A stretch of DNA of 64,000 nucleotides from an uncultured delta proteobacterium (GCA_963804955.1 CAWDSQ010000008.1:32001-96000), one strand, 5' to 3'; shown: positions 28,453-39,839, counted from the stretch's first letter. Notes: a model not told the origin generated them from the letters alone. Translations and numbers: made by a program.

Positions 28453-29955
28453 TTAGCCACCGTTCTGATGATGAACCGCCTGCCCCGCAGGGGCAAGAGG
28501 CAGGGTAACGATAAATGTTGTTCCCTGACCGGGCCGGCTTTCAACCCTAATGCCGCCTCCGTGACGCTCAACAATTTGTTTCACAACCGGAAGGCCAAGA
28601 CCGTTGCCGGAACCTTTTTCTTTCGTGGTAAAAAACGGGTCGAAGATTCTATCCATGTCTTCCCGCGCAATGCCGCAGCCGGTATCCTCAACAGACAGAT
28701 GTATAAGCTCTTTCTCCGGATCACAGGCTGTTGTAAGACGTATTATTTTCTTCTCTGTATTTTTTATTGCCTGTGCGGCGTTGATTATGAGATTCATAAA
28801 AACCTGCTCAAGCTGGTTAAAGTCACCTTGTATGAGTTTTGTCTCGCATGCGTATTCCTTGCATACCTTCACGTACTTTGTCTCACCTATCCCTAAAAGA
28901 AAATCGGCGGCTTTTTCCAATGGTTGTTCAATACAGAAGGTGGATATACGCAGGGGTTTCGGCCGTGCAACCTCCATGAGGTCGCGGGTAAGGCCGCTAA
29001 TGAGGAGGGCCGCATCAGACATTAATGAAATTTTGCATTTCGCATCAGCGCTGAGTGGCTCCTGCTGCAAAAGCTCGCCGTACCCTGTTATGACCTGCAC
29101 GGGATTTTTGATTTCATGGGCCAGTTTTGCCGCAAGCTGACCTAAAAGGGCAAGCTTTTCTGATTGCAAAAGCTGCGCCTGCATTTTTTTCTCTTCAGTG
29201 ATGTCACGGATGATGACAAGAATAGCGCCCCCCCCGCCCTGAAGATATGAGCAGAGAGATATTATTCTGCTTGTATCCAGGATTTTACCGCTGCGGCAGA
29301 GCATTTTCTGCTCGCGCTCGCTGAGGGTCTCTCCCTGCAGAAGCCTTTGAAATTCCTCCTGTATTGCGGGCATTTCCTGCTCAGGTGCAAACAGCATGGG
29401 TTGACCCAGAACATCATCACGGGAATATTCAAAAAGTTCGACAAAGGCCGGATTGACAAACTGCACATTCAATAACGAATCGTATACGATTATCGGGTTT
29501 GGAGAAGAATCAAAAAAAGCCTGGAGTATCGATGCATAACGGGCATGTTCTTTTTTCAGCCGGCTTTTTGTGACGGCAAATGAAACGACCCTGCAGATTT
29601 CCTCCTGCTGTACCGGCTTTGTGAGATAGGCGACTGTTTCATGCTTCATGAGCATAGCCGCAGTTTCAAACGAAGGATAGGCTGACATCAGAATGGTTTC
29701 ACAAAACGGGAGCAGCCTTTTAATATCTCCAATAACCTCAATGCCGCTCTTGTTGTCGGGAAGAATACGGTCAACCACAGCCACATCAAAATCCTGCTGC
29801 CCGGCGCTCTTCAGCGCGCTGGGCCCGTCCGGTACGATTACGACGTTATAGCCCGCGTCCGTCAGGAAAACATTAAACGTATCACGTATGCTCTCTTCAT
29901 CATCCACCACGAGAATCCGGGGTTTTATCTCGTTTATTTCATCCTGCTGCTTCAT
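28453..29955 (-). CDS. REC-PAS-histidine kinase
   Basis: AHEIKNP, QVFMNLIINA, FDPFFTTK..G.GLGL. Confidence 0.9.
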   Translation of the reverse strand: MKQQDEINEIKPRILVVDDEESIRDTFNVFLTDAGYNVVIVPDGPSALKSAGQQDFDVAVVDRILPDNKSGIEVIGDIKRLLPFCETILMSAYPSFETAAMLMKHETVAYLTKPVQQEEICRVVSFAVTKSRLKKEHARYASILQAFFDSSPNPIIVYDSLLNVQFVNPAFVELFEYSRDDVLGQPMLFAPEQEMPAIQEEFQRLLQGETLSEREQKMLCRSGKILDTSRIISLCSYLQGGGGAILVIIRDITEEKKMQAQLLQSEKLALLGQLAAKLAHEIKNPVQVITGYGELLQQEPLSADAKCKISLMSDAALLISGLTRDLMEVARPKPLRISTFCIEQPLEKAADFLLGIGETKYVKVCKEYACETKLIQGDFNQLEQVFMNLIINAAQAIKNTEKKIIRLTTACDPEKELIHLSVEDTGCGIAREDMDRIFDPFFTTKEKGSGNGLGLPVVKQIVERHGGGIRVESRPGQGTTFIVTLPLAPAGQAVHHQNGG

Positions 29956-30003
29956 GATTGCATTTGCACCCACCAGAGATTTGCTGTGTCCGCTAACACT
30001 CAA

Positions 30004-30152
30004 TTCAACATTGATGCCATAGTGCAGGAAATGTTTTTAATAAATAAGTGAAGGAATTCAGAGTGAGTAAGAACAGGGGACATGTGGATGGGTGTGCAAA
30101 AGCAGTGGGTTACCTGTTCAGTGACACAAAATGAGCGCTACAATCTGTGCCA
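30004..30152 (-). promoter_or_regulatory. Sigma-54-type promoter with tandem enhancer
   Basis: Minus-strand TGGCATCAATGTTGAA (30004-30019); TGACACA...TGTGCCA block at 30122-30152. Confidence 0.6.
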
Positions 30153-30190
30153 TAAAGGAAAGGCGCCCGTATCCTTCAGGTGGGAGTCGT

Positions 30191-30319
30191 GAGTTCGGAG
30201 TTGGGTGCGTAGGGGCAGGTTTCAAACCTGCCCTGAGTTCGTCTTTAATTTTCCTCCCACCAGGGGAGGGAAGATGTGAAAGCGGCAGTTCGATGTTTTT
30301 GATACTCCGAACTCCGAAC
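30191..30319 (+). repeat. About 128-bp composite repeat; inverted copy at 32299-32424
   Basis: Heptamers + GTAG REP + half DUF559-type arm; near-identical reverse complement by eye. Confidence 0.8.
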
Positions 30320-30447
30320 CTAAACCTCAACTCCTGAACTAGAAGGCGAACTTTGAACCATTCGAACCTTTGAACTTGAACCTTGAACTTTGAACTTTAA
30401 CTTTGAACAATTTTCCCCAAAGGCAAGGCCCCCGGCAAAGCCCGATT

Positions 30448-32151
30448 TCATTTATTGTCAAGCAGGTGCAGGTCTTTGAGCTTGCGGTAAAAAGTCCTGC
30501 GGCTTATGCCCAGCAATTCAGCCGCTTTTGACCTGTTCCACCTTGTCTGCTTGAGTGCATTGAGAATCTGATCATAGTCCAGGGCGCATTCTGATTCTTC
30601 CCCTCCGTTTTCAAGACCTGAAGCATCCTTGAGCTGAAGGGAAATATGATCGGTTGTTATGGTATCGGTGTTGCAAAGAATAAATGCCCGTTCAAGCACA
30701 TTTTCAAGCTCGCGGACATTGCCCGGCCACTGATAGTTTACAAAAAGCCGCATTACCTGATCGGAAACCCCCTTGATGTCTTTTTTTAACTTTTTGTTGA
30801 ATTTGGCGCAGAAGTGGCTCACCAGCAGGGGGATATCCTCAATGCGCTTCGAAAGAGCCGGAAGATTCATTTCCATGACATTCAGGCGATAATACAGGTC
30901 CTCGCGGAAAGAGCCCTGCCGCATTTTTTCAAGAAGGTCGCAGTTTGTGGCGGCAATGACCCGGATATCAACCTTGATGGGGCGGTTATCCCCGACCCTT
31001 TCAAACTCATGCTCCTGGAGCACCCGCAGGAGCTTGAGTTGCAGAGAAGGGGCCATGTCGCCGATTTCATCAAGAAAAATAGTTCCTTCGTGAGCCATTT
31101 GAAACCTGCCGATCTTGTCTTTGATCGCTCCGGTAAAAGCCCCGGCCACATGGCCGAACAGCTCGCTTTCCAGAAGATTCTCCGCAAAAGCCGTGCAGTT
31201 GAACTTGACCAGCGGTTTTAAAGCCCGTGAGCCGCTGTAGTGTATGGCCTCGGCGACAAGCTCCTTGCCGGTTCCGCTTCCTCCGGTAATAAGGACCGTG
31301 GTGCTGGTTTCTGCAAGAGCCTCTATGCGCGTATAGATATCCTGCATGATGGCGCTTTTACCTATGATTTTATGAAAAAACTGCCTTTCCTGCAGCTCCC
31401 TTTCGAGAGTGGTAATTCTGCTGATATCGCGCAGTACGAGCACTGAGCCCAGAAATGTTCCATCGCGGTCGATAAGCGGCGAACAGTTGATGACCACAAC
31501 CATCGGTTTGCCGTCATTGCCCGTGGCCTCCGTACGGAACTCTCTGACCGGCTCCCGCGTTTGTATGGTTTTTTCAAGCACCTCAATGCAGGAACTGAAA
31601 GACGGCCTGACCACTTCCCGCATTGTTTTGCCGGGCAGCTGTTCGGAATTAAAAAGGGAAAAATGCTCGATGGCTTCATTTGCATGTGTAATAACCATGG
31701 TATCGTCAACGGATACAACGCCATCCTGCACGCTGGCAAAAATGGCTTCAAGATTGCGGAGATACCGCTCCCGCTCATCATCAATGGCCTTGTGGCGCAG
31801 TGCAAGGGCGACAATCCTGAGCAGAATTTCCTGTGTCACGGGCTTGGATATATAGTCAAAGGCGCCGAGCCGCACCGCAGACGTTGCAGTTTCTATGTTC
31901 GGGACGCCGGTAATCATGACAACCGGGCACCGCAATCCTTTCTGCTTAATCTCGCGCAACAGGTCTATACCTGTTTTTTCTCCCATAATTATATCGCTCA
32001 CCACGACGTCGAGGCGCGAAGACATTAATGACGTGAGGGCCGAATCATAATTTTCGGCAAGAACGACTTCATAGCCTTCCTCCTCAAGAAAAGTCTGAAA
32101 AGCAATGCGCACATGTTCTTCATCATCGACGACTAAAATTCTGTTTTTCAT
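30448..32151 (-). CDS. Sigma-54 enhancer-binding protein (REC-PAS-AAA+-HTH)
   Basis: GGSGTGKEL, ESELFGHVAGAFTGA, FLDEIGD, WPGNVREL, HTH. Confidence 0.95.
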   Translation of the reverse strand: MKNRILVVDDEEHVRIAFQTFLEEEGYEVVLAENYDSALTSLMSSRLDVVVSDIIMGEKTGIDLLREIKQKGLRCPVVMITGVPNIETATSAVRLGAFDYISKPVTQEILLRIVALALRHKAIDDERERYLRNLEAIFASVQDGVVSVDDTMVITHANEAIEHFSLFNSEQLPGKTMREVVRPSFSSCIEVLEKTIQTREPVREFRTEATGNDGKPMVVVINCSPLIDRDGTFLGSVLVLRDISRITTLERELQERQFFHKIIGKSAIMQDIYTRIEALAETSTTVLITGGSGTGKELVAEAIHYSGSRALKPLVKFNCTAFAENLLESELFGHVAGAFTGAIKDKIGRFQMAHEGTIFLDEIGDMAPSLQLKLLRVLQEHEFERVGDNRPIKVDIRVIAATNCDLLEKMRQGSFREDLYYRLNVMEMNLPALSKRIEDIPLLVSHFCAKFNKKLKKDIKGVSDQVMRLFVNYQWPGNVRELENVLERAFILCNTDTITTDHISLQLKDASGLENGGEESECALDYDQILNALKQTRWNRSKAAELLGISRRTFYRKLKDLHLLDNK

Positions 32152-32298
32152 GATTCCACCTCTTTGTACGTGGTTTTAATGGTGCTGCTTCCGTAAAAGT
32201 CAAATATTCCGTTATTGCTAATCCGTCGCGGCGGAAAAGGTTCAAATGTTCAAGGTTGTAGGGGCGAATGGCATTCGCCCTCTAGTTAGGAGTTGAGA

Positions 32299-32424
32299 GT
32301 TCGGAGTTCGGAGTATAAAAACACCGTACTGCCGTTTCCATCTTCCCTCCCCTGGTGGGAGGAAAAATAAAGACGAACCCAGGGCAGGTTTGAAACCTGC
32401 CCCTACGCACCCAACTCTGAACTC
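32299..32424 (-). repeat. Inverted copy of 30191-30319
   Basis: Reverse complement aligns over the full length. Confidence 0.8.
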
Positions 32425-32457
32425 CCAACTCCGAACTTTCCCTGCGCTCCGAACTCC

Positions 32458-34086
32458 CTACTCCGAACAGCCCTTCCTTCCGTTACCCAGCGGCAAATCA
32501 ATCATGACTTTTGTAAATTCCCCGGACCTGCTCTCAAACAGGAGCCTGCCGCCGTGCTGCCTGATAATATTGTTGCTGATGCTCAGACCAAGCCCGGTGC
32601 CCTGACCGGCGGGCTTGGTTGTGAAAAACGGGCTGCATATTTTTTCAAGAATCTCATCTGGTATGCCGCATCCCCTGTCATAAAACACCACCCGCAGGTA
32701 TGAGCGTTCTTCATCTGCAACAGTCAGGCCGTATATCTCAAGAATTTTGTTTTCGCCGGCCGACGGGTACTTCATGTTCAGGGCAAACAAAGCATTGCTC
32801 AGAATATTGATACATACCTGCTGGATTTTCTGCGCCTGCACGCATACCTCAGGCAATTCCGGCGGCAGATTTATAATGGTTTTTACGCTGCTTTCCAGAA
32901 ACAGCTTCTGCAGCAGTGCGTATGATTCCTCGATGATTGTGTGTATGGCGCATGCTGATGATACTTCGCCTCCGCTGCGGACGAAGGTCAGCAGGCTTTT
33001 CACTATTTTTGCTATACGCTCGCTTTCTTTTATAATTCGCTGCGGCATTTCAATATCGCCGCCCTGCGCCTTGTTTCTGTTTACTATTATCTGGGCATAA
33101 TTGATGACTCCCATAATAGGGTTGTTGATCTCATGGGCCACTCCGGCGGCAATTTCGCCGATAGAGGCCAGCTGCGCAGACACGAGGGCTTCCTCTTCCA
33201 GGAGCTTTTTTTCGGTAATGTCGCTGAAACTTACACGAAGCCCGAGGTACTCGCCTTCATCAGAGTAAATAGGCTGATACGATGCGGTGACCCATTTTAT
33301 TTTGCGGCTTTTTGTTGAGATGCGGAATACGAAATCATCAGCATAGCTTTTTTCTTTAAGCGCTTTGTCAAAAACCGGCCGTATGTGTTCATAATCCTCA
33401 GGATGCACGATCTGCTGAAGATGATCCGGCAGCTTAAGGTACTCATCGGGGGTGTAGCCGGTTATGCGCAGCACCGCCGGGTTGGTCCAGACCATCTTGC
33501 CGTCGGGAGCAACCCAGGACTCCCAGTCATAGGAATAATCAGCAACCAGGCGGAAGCGCTCTTCGCTTTTGCGCAGGGCATTCTCCGCCAGCAGCCGCTC
33601 GTGAATCTCCTCGCGCAACAGGCCGACGGTTTTCTCAAGCTGCTGTGTCCGTTGCGCAACCCGGGCCTCAAGCTCGCTGTTGAGCTGCTCAAGGCGCTCC
33701 CGTATATTGCGCAGCTCGATATGTGTCCGCACCCGTTCCAGAACCTCTTTGGTCTGAAACGGTTTTGTTATATAATCTACGCCTCCGGCTTCAAAAGCCT
33801 TTATCTTCTCAGCTGCTTCCATCATCCCGCTGATGAATATCACCGGGATTGCGCGCGTCTGCTCCCGGGCCTTCAGCCGCCTGCACACTTCGTAGCCGTC
33901 CATCACCGGCATCTTTATGTCAAGCAGGATCAAATCCGGCGGCTCAACATCTATCGTCTTTAATGCGGCGGCCCCGCTTTTCACAGCCCGCACCTGATAC
34001 CCCTGAGCTATCAGCGACTCCGACAGCAGCTCCAGATTTGCCTCAGAGTCATCCACTATCAGTATGCTTTGCTCCGCCGTGTTCAT
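32458..34086 (-). CDS. REC-PAS-histidine kinase
   Basis: AHEINNP, PFFTTKPAGQGTGLGL. Confidence 0.9.
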   Translation of the reverse strand: MNTAEQSILIVDDSEANLELLSESLIAQGYQVRAVKSGAAALKTIDVEPPDLILLDIKMPVMDGYEVCRRLKAREQTRAIPVIFISGMMEAAEKIKAFEAGGVDYITKPFQTKEVLERVRTHIELRNIRERLEQLNSELEARVAQRTQQLEKTVGLLREEIHERLLAENALRKSEERFRLVADYSYDWESWVAPDGKMVWTNPAVLRITGYTPDEYLKLPDHLQQIVHPEDYEHIRPVFDKALKEKSYADDFVFRISTKSRKIKWVTASYQPIYSDEGEYLGLRVSFSDITEKKLLEEEALVSAQLASIGEIAAGVAHEINNPIMGVINYAQIIVNRNKAQGGDIEMPQRIIKESERIAKIVKSLLTFVRSGGEVSSACAIHTIIEESYALLQKLFLESSVKTIINLPPELPEVCVQAQKIQQVCINILSNALFALNMKYPSAGENKILEIYGLTVADEERSYLRVVFYDRGCGIPDEILEKICSPFFTTKPAGQGTGLGLSISNNIIRQHGGRLLFESRSGEFTKVMIDLPLGNGRKGCSE

Positions 34087-34104
34087 CGATTTCACCTGTA
34101 GAAA

Positions 34105-34182
34105 AAGGTTCAAGGCCAAAGTTCAAGGTTTAAGGTTCAAGGTTTGAGGTTCAAGGTTTAAGGTTCAAGGTTTAAGGTTCAA
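34105..34182 (+). repeat. Heptamer tandem repeat (GGTTCAA/GGTTTAA)n
   Basis: About ten near-perfect 7-bp units. Confidence 0.9.
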
Positions 34183-34268
34183 AGAAATCCCCCCACTTTA
34201 AATGGACTCGTTTTCAGCTATTTCATAAGTCCTGAAATTTTTCCATCTTGACTCTTTAATCACGAAAC

Positions 34269-34670
34269 CTACATATTTTTACCTGAACTCTTTTTTCCGT
34301 CTTCCCTCCCCTGGTGGGAGGGATTGAGGGAGGGGGCCAATAATCTGTTCCTAATAGCCTCCACTACCCCGTCAATATTTTCAAAGATGTCCGTATTCCA
34401 AAACCGGACAACCTCAAAGCCTTCCGATCTAAGCCAGTCATCCCGCCGTTTATCGCTTTCCATAGCTAGTGCATGCTGGCCGCCGTCAAGTTCTATGATC
34501 AATCCTTTTTCAAAACAGACAAAATCTGCAATATAATTCCCGATTTGCTGCTGCCGTCTGAATTTGAAAGCCTCCATCTGTTGCGCTCGCAGCCTGCTCC
34601 ACAGATACTTCTCTGCTTCAGTTGACTGCTGCCGCAGTTTTTTAGAAACAGATGCTAATCGCTTGATCAA
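34269..34670 (-). CDS. DUF559-family endonuclease-domain protein
   Basis: LR...T.AE..LW..LR.......FRRQ..IGNYIADF.C....LIIELDGGQH...D..RD.WL...GF.V.RFWN. Confidence 0.9.
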   Translation of the reverse strand: MIKRLASVSKKLRQQSTEAEKYLWSRLRAQQMEAFKFRRQQQIGNYIADFVCFEKGLIIELDGGQHALAMESDKRRDDWLRSEGFEVVRFWNTDIFENIDGVVEAIRNRLLAPSLNPSHQGREDGKKSSGKNM

Positions 34671-34710
34671 TCAGATCCCCCTCCCTCAATCCCTCCCACC
34701 AGGGGAGGGA
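34303..34710. mobile_element. DUF559 element bounded by perfect 34-bp inverted repeats
   Basis: 34303-34336 is the exact reverse complement of 34677-34710. Confidence 0.6.
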
Positions 34711-34776
34711 AAAAGAAAAAAGCCCTATATTAAAAATGTAACCATTTTGAACCTTCAACTTCTTCACTCCTCACTC

Positions 34777-35937
34777 CTATATATTAAAAGCAATGCTGAA
34801 TGCACAACCGCCTTCTTGAGGCCTTTCAACAGCCACCGTGCCGCCCAGCTGAACAGCAAGCGCAGCCAGCAGCTGCATCCCCAGTGACGATGCTTTCTGC
34901 GGGTCGATCTCAGGCGGAAAACCTGCGCCGTCATCACTTACCCGCAGCAGCATTCGGGACGTACTGCCTGTGCCGGAGGTTCCAGCCTCAGCCGCATGTA
35001 AATCAACTGTAATAATGCCCGGCCGTTCATCCGGGAACGCATGTTTAATGGAATTAGAAACCAGCTCATTTATGATAAGTCCGCACGGAACGGATTTTTC
35101 AAGCGGCATTTCCACCCTGCCGATCCTGTTGATAATCCGGATGCGGCCGCCGGCCGGTCCCATTGAAAATATAAGCAGACGGCACAGCTCATCCACATAC
35201 GACGCAAAATCTATGTGGGCCACATCATGAAAGCTGCACAGCATTTCATGCAGCAGCGCCATGGAATTGATGCGGTTGCTGGTGTCCTGCAGCACATTGA
35301 AAGCCGACGGATTGTCTATGCGTTGAGCCTGCAGCGCAAGAAGGCTTTGCACAACCTGCAGATTATTCTTAACGCGGTGATGCACTTCCTTCAGCAGGGC
35401 TTCTTTTTCATTGAGCGAGACCCGCAGGGCATTCTCCGCCAGCAGCCGCTCGTGAATCTCCTCGCGCAGCAGGCCGACGGTTTTCTCAAGCTGCTGTGTC
35501 CGTTCCGCAACCCGGGCCTCAAGCTCGCTGTTGAGCTGCTCAAGGCGCTCCCGTATATTCCGCAGCTCGATATGTGTCCGCACCCGTTCCAGAACCTCTT
35601 TGGTCTGAAACGGTTTTGTTATATAATCTACGCCTCCGGCTTCAAAAGCCTTTATCTTCTCAGCTGCTTCCATCATCCCGCTGATGAATATCACCGGGAT
35701 TGCGCGCGTCTGCTCCCGGGCCTTCAGCCGCCTGCACACTTCGTAGCCGTCCATCACCGGCATCTTTATGTCAAGCAGGATCAAATCCGGCAGCTCAACA
35801 TCTATCGTCTTTAATGCGGCGGCCCCGCTTTTCACAGCCCGCACCTGATACCCCTGCGCTATCAGCGACTCCGACAGCAGCTCCAGATTTGCCTCAGAGT
35901 CATCCACTATCAGTATGCTTTGCTCCGCCGTGTTCAT
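34777..35937 (-). CDS. REC-HisKA_2-type histidine kinase
   Basis: LKEVHHRVKNNLQ, NELVSNSIKHAF, SLGMQL; N-terminal third nearly identical to 32458-34086. Confidence 0.9.
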   Translation of the reverse strand: MNTAEQSILIVDDSEANLELLSESLIAQGYQVRAVKSGAAALKTIDVELPDLILLDIKMPVMDGYEVCRRLKAREQTRAIPVIFISGMMEAAEKIKAFEAGGVDYITKPFQTKEVLERVRTHIELRNIRERLEQLNSELEARVAERTQQLEKTVGLLREEIHERLLAENALRVSLNEKEALLKEVHHRVKNNLQVVQSLLALQAQRIDNPSAFNVLQDTSNRINSMALLHEMLCSFHDVAHIDFASYVDELCRLLIFSMGPAGGRIRIINRIGRVEMPLEKSVPCGLIINELVSNSIKHAFPDERPGIITVDLHAAEAGTSGTGSTSRMLLRVSDDGAGFPPEIDPQKASSLGMQLLAALAVQLGGTVAVERPQEGGCAFSIAFNI

Positions 35938-35959
35938 CGTTCTTTTCCTTGAAACAGTT

Positions 35960-36390
35960 ATTAGTTCAGAGTTCAAGAAGTTCGGAGTTCAAAGTTCGGA
36001 GTTAAAAACACAACTACCGAAAGCGGGATTTTAACCGTTGAATATGTCTTCATCACTCAACGCTGAACTAGCTCCGAACTGTCTTATGTCTTTACTCCGA
36101 ACACCGAACTCTCTTCGCTTCTTGAGCCGAAACTGTCCCTTTCATATCTTGACTCCGAACTCCGAACTATCTCGTCTTTTCATCTCGAATCCGAACTGAT
36201 TCCTTGTCCATGTCTTCTGAATCGATCCGAATCTTCGAACTCCTTTCTGTTTTCATCTCGAATCTTGAATCCGGAATCTTGAATCTCCTTGTCCCTGCTT
36301 TCATCTTGAATCTTGAATCCACGGAACATCTTGAATCTCCTTGTCCTTGTTTTCATCTTGAATCTTGAATCCGGAATCTTGAATCTCCTT
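35960..36390. repeat. Heptamer mosaic spacer: (AGTTCGG)n, (CCGAACT)n, (TTGAATC)n
   Basis: Degenerate 7-bp units and a repeated GAATCTTGAATCCGGAATCTTGAATCTCCTT block. Confidence 0.8.
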
Positions 36391-36418
36391 ACCTCCTTTC
36401 AACACCTCACCTATCCCG

Positions 36419-39400
36419 TCATAGTCGTAGCCGGCCGGCATACCCGGCCAGCAGCGCCCCAAGCCGCCCGTCAAATTTTTTAACCTCCCCGATCAGCTCG
36501 CGCATCCGGCTCACATCAGCCATGTCCGCAGCCCTGTTTAGTGCCTGTGTCAGTTCATCCGGCAAACCGGCCACCAGGCACGCGCGCTCAGCCTCATTGA
36601 TTTCAGCCTCACTGCATGCAGCCTGATCCGGGCTCTGCAAGGTATACGGCACATACTGCATCGTCTCCCGTATGAGGTCATCGCGGCGCAGCGGCTTGCA
36701 CAGATACCCCTGGCAGAGAGCCCGTATCCGCATCTCTTCCTCTTTCAGCGCATGCGCCGTCACCGCTATGACCGGTATATCCCTCAACGCCGTATCGCTT
36801 TTCAGTATCCGCATGAACTCGTAGCCGTCCATTACCGGCATCTTCATATCCAGAAGCAGCAAGTCCGGCTTCCTCCGCCTCGCCTTCTCCAGGGCTTCCT
36901 GCCCGTTTGCCGCCTCCTCAATCTCCAGGTTGCAGCCATCATAAAAGCCCTTAATCACCTCGCGGTTAGAGTCTATGTCGTCGACCACCAGAATCAGCGC
37001 CGGCTTGAACCTGACTTCATCATATTCTTCCCGGCCGGGCTCTGCTTTCTGTTCAAGCTCCCCTTTCGCCACTTCCGCTACAGGCAGTTCAACTGTAAAC
37101 ATGCTGCCCTTGCCTACACAGCTTTCCAGCCTGATGCGCCCATCCATCGACTCCACCAGGCTTTTGGTTATCGACAACCCCAGCCCCGTGCCGCCGTACC
37201 CCTTCATCGCAAGCCCCTTCAGCTGTTCAAAGGGCTCAAATATCCTCTCAAATTCCTCCTCCGGTATCCCGATTCCCGTATCCTGAACAGAGATACTGAT
37301 CTGTCGCCTGCTGCCCTCATCTTCCTGCATGCTTTGAGCTTTCACGAGCACCTGCACCGTGCCGGCGTCCGTGAACTTTACCGCATTGCCTATCAGGTTC
37401 AACAAAATCTGCCGCAGCCGCACAGGGTCCACAAGAACCAGTCCCGGCACTGCCTGCTCTACTTCAGTGCAAAGCTCTATGTGTTTTTCTTCAATCCGCT
37501 GGCTGAACATCCGGCACACATCCTCCAGCACCTGCCGCAGCGATACCGGCTCCTGATGAAGGTCCATTTTCCCGGCCTCTATTTTTGAAAAATCAAGTAT
37601 GTCGTTGAGCAGCGTCAAAAGAGCGTTGCCGCTTTCGTAAATCCGGTGCACATACTCATGCTGCCTTCCATCCTGCACCAGTTTTTCAAGAATTTCTGAA
37701 AATCCTATTATTGCATTCATAGGGCTGCGGAACTCATGGCTCATATTGGCCAGAAACATGCTTTTGGCCCGGCTTGCCGACTCAGCAGCCTGCTTGGCCA
37801 GCGCAAGCTCATCAGTGCGAATCCGCACCAGCTCCTCAAGATTGTTCTGGTATTCGGCCAGTTTTTCCTGTGCCTGTATTCGTTCGGTACTATCCCGGAT
37901 TGCCGCCAAATGCACTGCCCTGCCGTTCTGCAAAAAGCATCGCGCGGTAATTTCGACGGAAAATTCACCGCCGTCCTTTCTGCGATGCCGGCGATGGGGT
38001 ATTGTTATGATCTGGCCGACAGCAGGCAGCATAGCCTGCATATGCAGCATGCCATTTTCAGGCTGAGCCGCCATGTCGGTGATTTTCAACTGTAATAGTT
38101 CCTTGTGATCATACCCGTACAGTGCAGTTGCGGCTTTATTAGCCTGCAGTATGCGCGAGGAGATATTATCAATCAAAAAAATAGCATCCGATTCAGCATC
38201 GAAAAGCTGACGGTAATTCTCTTCGCTCTGTATCAAGGCCTCTTCGGCCAGCTTGCGCGATGTGATGTCCAGAAACGATAGCAGCACCCGTGATTCATTC
38301 CCGGATTTTATTTGTATCGTTGAACAAAGCAGCGCCACATCCTCCCTCCGTCCCTTGCGAAGCAGTGTCGTACGGTACTCGACATCAATATGCATTCTGC
38401 CGGTGCTCAGGGTATCGGCAATGGCCGCATATACCCCGCATGCTTCGCACTGAGGCCCGTATCCGCAGCCGCGCGGGTCGTCAAAAGAGTTAATGCAGCC
38501 GAAAACACCGCATACCCTCTCATTGGCGATTGCGCTGTTGGGCCATACCGTAAACTCGACAAAGGCGCGATTGGCCTGCACTACGCGGCGCTCGGCATCG
38601 ATCACACACAGCATGACCTGCGTGCCGTCGTAGATGGCTTTGAGTTCATCCATGCTGAGCTGAAGGTTTATCTCCATCTGCTTGCGCTCGGTAATGTCCT
38701 GAATAAATGCAACATAAAGATCGCTGTCGCGTCCCCCGATGGCATCTGTGGATAATTCCGTCGTGATGATCGTGCCGTCTTTTTTTATGAAGCGCTTTTC
38801 AAACGCATATGGCAATTTGTATTCGCCGCTTATAATGCGGGCATGTATATCCGTCTCCCGTTCAATATCCTCTGCGGGAGTCAGATCCGTCCATGACTTT
38901 GTGCGGAGTTCTTCCTCGGTGTAGCCCAGCATCTGGCAGAGCTTGGGATTGATATCAATCCAGCCTTTGGTTATGCTTGTCGTGGCGATGCCGATGATGG
39001 GCAGATAAAAGTAGGCGCGCAGATGCTCGAGCGAAGCCTTCAGGTCCCTTTCGGCTAGACGCTGTTCCGTAATGTTGCGGCTGTAGATGGCCAGCTGGTT
39101 TGCCCTCCCCGTATTGTCGATGATCGGATAGATGCTGTCAGTATAAAATTCCCCGTTAAAGTCTTCTTCAAGCTGGCTCGCTGTACCAGTCTGCATGATG
39201 GGAAACAAAATTGCCTCTGCGTTTTGCGGCTTGCTCCGGGGGGAAGCATTCTAAAATGCATGTGCCCATCAGCTCATCAATTGTTTTTCCCATCCTTTTA
39301 GCCATTTGTTCATTAAGGCAGACGAACTTGTACTCATGATCAAGTATGCACGCCGCATCCACGGTGGCATTGAGAAGGGCCCGGGTCGCCTCTTCGCTTG

Positions 39401-39821
39401 TCCGCAGCGACATTTCTGCCTGCTTGCGCTCCATCAGCAGGCGCCACTCGCGCAGACAGCGCTCGGCTGTGCGCGGCATGCTGGTAAACGCCTCCGGTGA
39501 TTTGACCACATAATCAAAAGCTCCCGCTTTCATGGCCTCAACGGCGACCTTTTCATTGCCGTAGCTGGTCATAACCACGATTGGGAAAAGGCCTGATTCC
39601 GATGGGGACGACAATACGTCAAGAGCGCTGCCGTCGGGCAGCTTCATGTCCATGATGGCAATATCGGGCGGCTGCTGTGCAATAGAAGTTACATACTGCT
39701 GCATCGACTGCGCGACCTGTACCTCATCCCCGGGCCGGGCTGTTTTGAAAGCCCGCCGAATGGCTTCGGCATGCGCCGGCTCGTCTTCTACGATCAGTAT
39801 CAGTTTGCCGCTGGTTTCCAT
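36419..39821 (-). CDS. Hybrid kinase REC-(PAS)n-HK-REC (apparent frameshift near 39200)
   Basis: N-terminal REC in ORF 39168-39983; several PAS/PAC repeats; FLANMSHEFRSP, RLRQILLNLIGNAVKFT, C-terminal REC. Confidence 0.85.
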
Positions 39822-39839
39822 GATACGCTCCCTTTGATT

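Noticed and set aside
34105..36390. Heptamer tracts as CRISPR repeats
   Set aside because: They are 7-bp tandem units without unique spacers of regular length.
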